The notes beneath the pieces were generated by a model. The model had not been told where the DNA came from. It worked only from the letters and a program-made list of their open reading frames with translations, and did no database searches. The position numbers were made by a program, and so were the translations under genes. From Utricularia gibba (taxonomy: Eukaryota; Plantae; Magnoliophyta), in the NCBI GenBank assembly GCA_002189035.1, contig CM007990.1, positions 5,270,001-5,334,000 of the forward strand: DNA of 64,000 bases, read 5' to 3'. This document shows, piece after piece, positions 55,546 to 64,000 of this stretch. Every line of letters starts with the position of its first letter. The first letter of the stretch is position 1.

Positions 55546-55925
55546 CGACGATTTGTCGGAGAATCAACTTCCTTGCTCCTTATAAATTCGCAGCAGCACG
55601 TAGCGAACTCTTAGTGGGCTTCATCCAATTCACCACAGGCCCAAACTCCACTTTCCTTTTTCGGCAGTAGGGTTTTTTTCGAGTTCACTTACTAATAAAA
55701 TAATTATCAATAAATCGTGTACTCACCCCTTGTAGACTTAACATTCATAAAATAAATAATGATTAATAGACAATTAGTTCGAATTTGCATTCGAAATCTA
55801 TATTAATAATTATGTAAACAATTTTAAAATATTTGTAACTTTTTGAATTTTTTATTAATTGCAACATATTGACTTTTTGATAATTTAAATTCATCGTTAG
55901 TTAAATTAAACTACTAAAAACATAA

Positions 55926-57184
55926 TTATAATTGATTAAAATCAAATCGTTGCTTAGCAAAGTCACAAGAGTAGCCAATTCTCCCGATGACGAGGTTCTT
56001 GAAGACGATGGCTTCCTGAGCTCGAGAGCCTCTCCTGGGCATCCTCTTCCACTCGGATCCCAGCTCCGGTCGCTGCCTGGGTGCACTGCGAGACCGCATC
56101 TTCGCCTTGAACGTCTCCGTGTTCGCCATGTAACTCGGACACACACTTCCGACGCTGCTACTGCACACGCTGTTCGCTGCCGGCGTCACGGGCTCGTCGG
56201 CGCCGTACCCGGACTCGAGTCCCAACGTATGGGGATCACGCCCGCCTCTGGGTTTGTCCCCCAAGTCGAGCCCTGTATCCACCTCCACGATCTTGGGGCT
56301 TCCGTCTGAAACCGGGGTTGCTTCAGGGGATGATGCTGAGAGCTCTGCTTTCACGTTGTACCTCTGTCATCAACGCACCGCCGATTTCAAAAAAAATGTG
56401 GCCGACCAAATAAATATATGCAACATGTCGACCTACCGGTGGAAGTCGTCGGGGTTGGGAGACGGCGATGATTTTCCGGGCCCGAATGGTGACTTGAGCT
56501 CTCATTAGAGCGTGCATGCTGTGAAAAGTTGCGGCGGCTTGTTTCCGTACGAGAAATCCTTTCACCAGCGCCTGGATTTTCACCAGCCCTCTGAGTGCCC
56601 GGAGAGCCTTTCGAGCCTGAAACACGAGAAACAAGCTCGTTAGATTCAAGCCCTCTGTGAATGGCGTGGGGTGTGTTTTTTTCTAAAGGGGAAGACGATC
56701 GGCTCTTGTCCAAACGAGCCAGCCGACGGAGAAAAATGCAGCTGAGTTGACATTTGAAGTGACAACACTTCCAATCTTAAACGAATGCAGGGAAGAGTTG
56801 ATGTACCAGGAATCCACGGAAGCAAGATTGGATCTTGACAGCCGCCCATTTCTCACGCCCCCGGTTCGTCAGCCTAACCACGGCAACTGCCGCCTGAGCA
56901 GCCGCAACCGCCGCATCCGCAGCCGCAGCCGTGGCGGCGGCGACAGCGATAGCGTGTTTGCTCTGCTCGTCATCAGCACCGCTGTAAAAGCATCTCAGCC
57001 ACTCGGCCTCCTCTGGCGTGATGTTCGGGTTGTTGAAAAGCCCTCCGGAGAACCCGAAGCTCCGGCTCCAAGATGCCTTTTCCCGGTCGACGGTGGGAAC
57101 GGTTATACTTGTAGCAGCATTCTTCTTCTTCGCCATCTTATCACGGCCGAAGAGTGCTCTGAGCCACCGCCCTGTTCTTCCCAT
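55926..57184 (-). CDS. IQ67-domain (IQD) calmodulin-binding protein, IQD26-like
   Basis: [49 protein letters not shown]|[20 protein letters not shown] (phase-0 intron inside IQ67), PKIVEVDT and [24 protein letters not shown]. Three exons. Confidence 0.93.
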
Positions 57185-58476
57185 TTTCTTCCTCCGGCGA
57201 AGCTTTCCGATGATGGGAGGATAAAGAGATGCGGTTGGTGATTGGAGAGAAGATGCCTGTTGTGGGTACAAAAAAAAGGTGTCGGGCGAGATTCTAGTGT
57301 GAATGGTCTTCTTCTATTCCCTGAAAAGCTGAGCAATGGATAAAAACCAGTGAGGAATGCACCGGAATTCGTAACAGTAAATTCACTATTCACATACGAC
57401 CAAGAGACAAGGAAGTAGAATTTCACGGGGAATGTTTATGCACCCAAACACCGCACCCCTCATCTTCCCCATCCAGTGACAAGTGAACATGTTTTCTGTC
57501 TATAAAAGAGATGACCTGCTGGTTATACAAACAGAATCATTTTCTCACAACACAAGTAAAACCCGTACATCACTAAAGAACACAAACAAAGTATACTCAG
57601 ATCAAGCATAATATGATCCATTGCACAAAGAAGAATAATATGCGTATTTGATGCAAAGAGCACCCGTGATGCTTCCGCTTCTTTTTTCTTCTGTCAGCAA
57701 GCAGGACAAAGAAAAAACAAAAGTAGTTCCATACGACAGAATTGGCACCACTCTATCACGTTGAAAAAACAACACATGATTCAAGAAAAAAACTGTAGGC
57801 CCCCATAGGCCAGGTTTCCTACCTTTTCTCTGCAAGAGTTGGATGTTGTTTGTGGCGAGGGACAAGTAGAGACAAATGACTTCATCTTTCAACGTATACG
57901 GACAAGAACTCATCCCTAGAACAGCAGCAGCAGGAGCCCATTTTGCTAGTCAAAGCCTATGAGAACTTTTTATAGCAAACAAAATTTTGGTGGATGTGTG
58001 TGGGAATGGAGCGTGATGGTGATGAATCCCTACTTGTGGAAGCCATAGTTCTGTGTGAGCGGTTGGCATAAGAAAAACCTTTGCAAATATGAGACTTTCT
58101 CATCAGAAATATTATAACCTTCAAATGTGGGTAGGAACGGTAGAGGACAGTCATAGCAACCGGAGGACACTTCGAGCATTACGGTTAGTTCAAGGATACC
58201 ACAGAAACACTTCTTGAACCGCCAGGGGAGAACTTTGGCAATTGCCATTGAGTCTTGGTTCCGGTGGTGCTCTAATCGTAGCCAGCCATTCCCAGTATCA
58301 GACCATCTCAATGAAGCAGGAATGAACACATCTAAATATCACCCCTGGTTCAGTTTATTGAATAACTAGGATATTAAGATTGAATATTTCAATGATTTTC
58401 AAGTCATCATGGTACATCACTAAAAGATTCCTCGCAAGTGACTGCAAGAGAAATCGAAGTTTGAAACTTTACCAAC

Positions 58477-59496
58477 TCAGAACTTGTCTTTCTGGTGTAA
58501 AGAGACATTGTTGAGATTCTCCAGAGCTAAAATGAGAGCTTGAGTTCCCAAATCGCCATGACCATGAGCTTTAAGAGATAGATACAGCTGCTGCGCCAAA
58601 GCCAAACCAGGAAGAGCCAATCCCATATTCTGGCATTCCCTCAAGCAAATCCCCAAATCCTTGACAAAATGATTCACATAGAAACCCGCTTCAAAATCCC
58701 TACTCAATATCCTGTTTCCATATAAATCCAACGATTTGGACCCGGCAGCGCCGCCGGAAATGGCGTCTAGGAAATGATTCAGATCAAGGCCAGCCTTGTG
58801 AGCATAGATAAGGCCTTCACATAACCCCACCATCGTCGAAGCAATTGTCACCTGGTTCGCTAATTTGCAAAATTGACCCTTTCCAGGACCACCCATATAG
58901 AAAACTCTTCCTAAATGGCTCAGCAATGGGCTAACCCTAGCCACCACGGATTCATCGCCACCGGCGAAGATCGACAGCGCCGCGAGACGAGCACCTCGGT
59001 CTCCCCCAGAGACCGGAGCGTCAATTGACGAACACTTAACAAGTGATGCGGCGGAATGTATTTCCACCGCAAGGGAGGGATCAGAAGTAGTCATATCGAC
59101 AATGACACCGCCGCTTCGGAGACCCGCGATTGCGCCAGAATCAGCGTCCAGGATGACCTGGCGTACGTCGGAAGGATACCCGACAATCGAGAAAACGATG
59201 TCCGACTGAGAGGCTAAAGCTTTAGGAGAATCGGCCCACCGAGCGCCCATGGAAAGCAGAGACTCAGCCTTGGCCCGGGTGCGAGTGTAGACAGTGACAG
59301 CGTAACCGGCGGAGATGAGATGAGAGCACATGGACCGGCCCATAACCCCGGTCCCAATCCACCCGATCTTGGTGACCGAAGGACCAACCGGTTCATCAGA
59401 GGAAGCGGCGGCGGCAGCCATGGAGCGGCGGAGTAGGGCAGAGGGAATGAAGACAACGGAGCGACGGAGCGAGTGCAGGGATGACGACAGCCGCAT
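58477..59496 (-). CDS. 3-hydroxyisobutyrate dehydrogenase-like / 6PGD-NAD-binding family protein, mitochondrial-type
   Basis: Intronless 339 aa. KIGWIGTGVMG Rossmann motif, DAPVSGGD, GQFCKLANQ, GAAGSKSL and FYVNHFVKDLGI. Confidence 0.92.
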   Translation of the reverse strand: MRLSSSLHSLRRSVVFIPSALLRRSMAAAAASSDEPVGPSVTKIGWIGTGVMGRSMCSHLISAGYAVTVYTRTRAKAESLLSMGARWADSPKALASQSDIVFSIVGYPSDVRQVILDADSGAIAGLRSGGVIVDMTTSDPSLAVEIHSAASLVKCSSIDAPVSGGDRGARLAALSIFAGGDESVVARVSPLLSHLGRVFYMGGPGKGQFCKLANQVTIASTMVGLCEGLIYAHKAGLDLNHFLDAISGGAAGSKSLDLYGNRILSRDFEAGFYVNHFVKDLGICLRECQNMGLALPGLALAQQLYLSLKAHGHGDLGTQALILALENLNNVSLHQKDKF

Positions 59497-60303
59497 TTTC
59501 CTTTTTTATTTTTGTAAATACACATAAATGAAACAAACATACGGCTGGAAATAATTGAAATTAGATACCCCATGTGCCCCTAGTCCCAATTATAATAAAC
59601 TATGCAACAATTAACGGGACATGACATCATGAGGTGCATCACTAGGCACAACCATCCATCAAACCACATTCCAATTTTGTATAATCCATACAAGTTTTCA
59701 TAACCAAAATCAAATCACGAACCATTATTCGATAATTGGTTTCGTCATTTTGATCCGATTCATGAATATCCAATCATCTGATGAAGATTAGATTTCGAAA
59801 TATGACCTTATGTTAAACTTTAAAAGACTGTTCTCCTGATTGGTGTTGTAATTCGTTGATTAATTTGTATAACCATTGAGGAACTTTTTTTTGTATTTTA
59901 GATACTTTCGTGATAATATTGGTTTTCTCAATATTCGTAGTTATATTAATGATTAAAAAATAGTCCCCTGGTGTATAAGATACATAAAAATATACTTTCT
60001 GTAAAAATAATTTTTATGTTATTTATAAAATATATATGCAAAAATTCAATTTAAATATATTATTTAATAGGAATATTTCTAATAATATGCAGAAAAAGGG
60101 AGGAATAGAATAATTAAGTGATTCAATTATTGAGTTTCAGAAAGGGATAACAAACCGTTGTCCATAATAAATTGATATTAAAAGTGGATTAATTAATTGA
60201 TGAAATATGGATTATGAAATAAATTGCAAAACCTATAGCGTTGAAAATGAATTGCGTGTGATTTTTTCTACCTACGGATTGTTGGATGGGGATCATACAT
60301 TGA

Positions 60304-61436
60304 CTACGCGCCGGTTAGGTTCCTCCGCCGTGGAGCTTCGTGTTGACGACTCGGCCGTCGGGGGATTTTAATTTGGGGCCAGAGAGTTCTTCCGCTGCCG
60401 CCACCCGTGTATGTTCGCCGTCCAGTTGTATCGAGAAATCTTGGGTAGAGGGTGATATCTGAAAGCGACCTCTTATCTGTTGTATCGATGGAACCCGGAC
60501 GGTGAAGCGGCGGCGCGTGATTGATCTCCGAGAGCTTTTGCTCTAGAACTCTCTTCCTCTCTATTTCTTCCTTGATATCGGTTATTGATTTACCGTAACC
60601 GCTGTCTACTGGGGCGGTCGCCGGTATCCGGGCTCTGGAAACGTCGGTTATCATTTCGGAACTGAGTAGGATAAGGTCCGGGGAGCTCATACTACTCCAC
60701 CGGGGTTAATCGACGGCTCGGCCGCGATGATTTCGTGATTGAATTTATGTAGATTTTCTCCCTCTCCTCCGACGCCGGGATCGCCGGCGAGACAGAGCGG
60801 CGCCGCTTCCTTCAGATCCCCAACCCTTAGCCTCGAAGACCAATCTCGATTCTCCTCCCGCCGGACGTACAAATCCGAATCGCAGGGTTGGAATCGGAAG
60901 CTTCTCGAAGACTGCGAAGCAAGAAGATCCTCCGCCGTAACTCGCCGGCGACAGAGCGGGCAGGTGGAGTGTTTCTCCAGCCAACTATCAATACACTCGA
61001 TGTGAAACGCATGTTTACACTTGGGAAGAAGCCGAAGAATCTCAACATCTTCATATTTCGCAAGACAAACAGAGCACTCGAGCCCTTCCTTGGCACCTTT
61101 CAGGGACTCGAATCGGAAAAAAGGCAGCGATTCGATCACGTTTTTATCGACGCCGGACGACCGCCGCCACGATCGGATGAAACCGCCGTCGTGGAATTGG
61201 AGCGCGCGGCGGCGTACGCGTCTCGGCCGGTGGCATAATTTGGCGTAAAGAAGAAGCATAAAAGTGATGGAGAACATGATGGACAACATGGCGATGACGA
61301 AGGCAAGCGTCGGCTGGAATCCAGCCATGGGATCCGGCGACGGCACAGAAGTAGCCGGCGAGCTGAGGGGATTCTGTGAACGCACATCGGCGGCGAGGAG
61401 GCAGAGCAGGAGGAGGAGGACAGGGACCATTCCCAT
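60304..61436 (-). CDS. ATL-family RING-H2 E3 ligase (ATL42-like) with an apparent 1-nt deletion frameshift
   Basis: Signal peptide, TM helix, GVDKNVIESLPFF (GLD motif) and CSVCL...CKHAFHIECIDSWL...CPLC. The frame breaks at the G4 run 60702-60705; one extra base gives INPRWSSMSSPDLILLSSEM and continues to KRSLSDIT. Confidence 0.9.
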
Positions 61437-61740
61437 TGATCTCTCTGGTTAAAACTGACGGATAACGATCCCCTAACAGCAACAAAAGGAATTAATTCCA
61501 ATTTATTTGAAGCCGCGCTAATTACAATAATTATCATGCAAATTAACCAATAAAATAATTAAAATTCACACCAAAATAAATAAACACCCTAAATTCATAG
61601 AAATAATCAAATCCGAAAATCCATTTTAATATCTGGAAATCCAAATAAAAAAAAAAAGCAATGATTGGTAGTTGGATTTCACAATGGAAATTGAAGAGCG
61701 TTGACTTTGTAATGGAGGCTGTTGTGGTGCTCTGTAGTTA

Positions 61741-61776
61741 GGGCTGGGACGGGGACTAGCCGGGGACGGGAGGGGG
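61741..61776 (+). other. Canonical G-quadruplex motif upstream of the ATL gene
   Basis: GGGctGGGacGGGGactagccGGGGacGGGaGGGGG: six G3+ tracts with loops of 1-7 nt. Confidence 0.45.
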
Positions 61777-62673
61777 CATGTTTGAATCGGTATACTTTCC
61801 ACAATTGATTTGAATAGAACAAAAGTTACATAATTTTTAAAAAAATAATAAAATTTTCTATATATACTTTTAATTCCATGGAATAAAAGTTATTTATATT
61901 TAATAACGAAACTACTTATAGAATAATTATAATTTAGAAGCATAGTCTATTTACATGTCACAACTCGATTGCGTAGTCCCTTACGTGTTGCGGTTGACTT
62001 GGGGGGTTTGGACAGGCAGGGGGAAGGGGGGATGTGGTGTTGTTTGTAGTATTAAGAGGGGAAAGTAGGAGGGGGTCGCTAGTACATTATCTACACAAAA
62101 AGACTTGGTGGAGTGGTCAACTAGTGCAGAAGAAGAAAAACAAGAAGAAAGATCCAATACACTTCCCTTTGTGTGTGTATGTTTTTTTTTTTACAGAAGA
62201 AAAGGTAGGGTTAGGTTACTAACCCAAGGAATAATGAAAGCTAGAGCGTGGCATTTGTGGTGGCAAAATGCGACTCCAAACCAGGTCTCGGGTCATGAAC
62301 CCGACCCGAAGGTGGATCTATTACAAATTTTAAGTGTATGAGAAAATTGAATATCATGTATGTAAAATTTTGATTGTAATATGTGAGTTTGCTTGTTAAT
62401 AAAATTTCGATGATTAGAAAATGATGAAATATAGAGTTTGCTTGTTTATAAAATTGAGGATGAAATAAATTCAATATAGAGTACACTAAACTTTCATTGA
62501 TTAGATTAATATGAATTTATTTAAATAAATAGTAAAATATTTTATAATATACTTAAAATCAAGAATAAAACCAGAATACATTATTCAAGTCGTTTTTTAA
62601 CACACTTTTTATCACCTTGTAGAGAAGAAAGAACAACGTCAATGTCCCGAGCGGCGGCGGCGGCGGATGGAGT

Positions 62674-64000
62674 TTAGTTCTGGAGCAACCTAAGTCCAGC
62701 CTCCAAGTCCTCCATGGTGATTGTGAGCAACGCCTCTGCATCTACACAATTTATATCCGTCCTCAGGTCCAGGTACTCTCTCGCATTCACCAGCATCGGA
62801 TCGATCAGCCCTCCGTTCATCTCCCCACGCTGCTTTTCTGTGGTTTCTCGTTCGATGAGGGCGGCGACTGCCTCTACGCTGCAACGGGGGTGCAGCTTAA
62901 ACCCATACAGGACACTGTCTTCACCGGGATTATGCATCTTGAGGTGGAGTATTGCGGCCAGGTCCTTGCAGCTGAAGTCGTCGAAGTGGAAGAACTTGGT
63001 CACCCTCCGGCAGAAGCCCTCGTTGGAAGATATGATGCGCTTCATGGGTTCACTGTACCCTGCAAATATTACGACTACTTTGCCACTGTCCATGAAGGAC
63101 ATGATCTCCTCTAATGCCTCCAACCCGTAGTCCTTGTCGTCTAGCTTCTGCATCGGTATTAAGCGGTAGGCTTCATCTACAAAAAGAATGCCTCCCTCAG
63201 CTTCCTTTATCTACGCAAGGAAGCAGGGATTCATGCTACTCGTATGTTGTGTATTCGCATATCATGCCGGAGCAAAAGGGGCTAATGCAAAGGAAGTGTT
63301 TTACCTTCCTTCTTGTCTTTGGCCCTGTATGGCCAACGAACTCTCCCACAAGATCTGTTCTTTGAACTTCAGTCACCCTGTCTGTAGGAAGTATGCCAAC
63401 CATGTGGAGTAGTTTCCCTAGTGCCCTAGCTACCATGGTCTTCCCTAAAGCATTAAGAACACCCATAACTGTCATTCTGGAGATGCATTTCATTGGAAAA
63501 GATGACAAAGTGCAATGTCACATGAGTATGCTGCTGCTGCATTCTCAAATAAGTACCTGTTCCAGGGTTCCCAAGGAAAGCCATGTGAGGTGGTCTTCTG
63601 GATCCCACCTGAAGACCAAGGGCACGTCGTCTCTCATCTAAAAGCATTCCTTTTGCCCATTTTCGAAGTTGCAATTTAATCAAGTTTAAGCCCACTATAC
63701 CCTCAAGTTCCTTTTCCAGGGCATCCAATTTGGCTTGTGTCTCACTGCATGCTTCAATAGCCTTCTGTTTTCGCTGCGTTTCAAGATGCTTGAGGAGGAG
63801 TGCTCTCAATGTCTCATCACCTGGTCCTTGTGAGAGATGATTCAAAGGGGTCATCCCCTCCTGCACTCAACGCTGTTTCCAGTAAGAATCAACTAAAGAA
63901 GAATGTTTGAAGGAGAAACATACATTGTCCTCAGCACTGCAGTCAGCATTATGCTCTAGCAAGCTTTTGACCGCAGCGCAGTCACCGGCCCTGAGTGCAT
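62674..64000 (-). CDS. Ankyrin-repeat / CbbX(CfxQ)-like AAA+ ATPase, 5-prime part outside the window
   Basis: Ankyrin remnants (LLEHNADCSAEDN|EGMTPL), HMAFLGNPGTG|KT Walker A, DLVGEFVGHTGPKT, GGILFVDEAY Walker B and VIFAGY. Stop at 62674. Confidence 0.92.

Overview
This is plant nuclear DNA, most likely a eudicot with an unusually compact genome: about 27 protein-coding genes in 64 kb, most introns 65-135 nt, and several intergenic gaps of 200-500 bp. No CRISPR, rRNA or tRNA feature was recognised. The left 25 kb is a block of secreted proteins. Four type-1 lipid transfer protein (nsLTP) genes lie on the minus strand, followed by three tandem class III peroxidases, a WNK kinase, and three more nsLTPs on the plus strand. 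The rest is single-copy genes: a vacuolar sorting receptor, ATS3-like, a coiled-coil protein, STN8, FERONIA, Trx h9-like, a second coiled-coil protein, a BPP-like microtubule protein, GCP2, a RING E3, FOLD1, RidA, an IQD protein, a 3-hydroxyisobutyrate-dehydrogenase-like gene, an ATL RING-H2 and a partial ankyrin/CfxQ-like AAA ATPase. Five genes (two LTPs, VSR, FER, ATL) each carry a frameshift that is repaired by adding one base to a G/C homopolymer. This most likely reflects long-read consensus error, not pseudogenisation. The best lead is the LTP/peroxidase block: two LTP subfamilies have gained Tyr-rich or Tyr-X-Tyr motifs next to secreted peroxidases, which suggests a possible apoplastic cross-linking module (hypothesis only). 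Other leads are a WCDPC thioredoxin active site, two GC-AG introns in GCP2, shared loss of intron 1 in the peroxidases, a duplicated W-box array, and a spliced uORF-rich WNK leader. Family and orthology calls come from motif recognition and memory; no database search was run.
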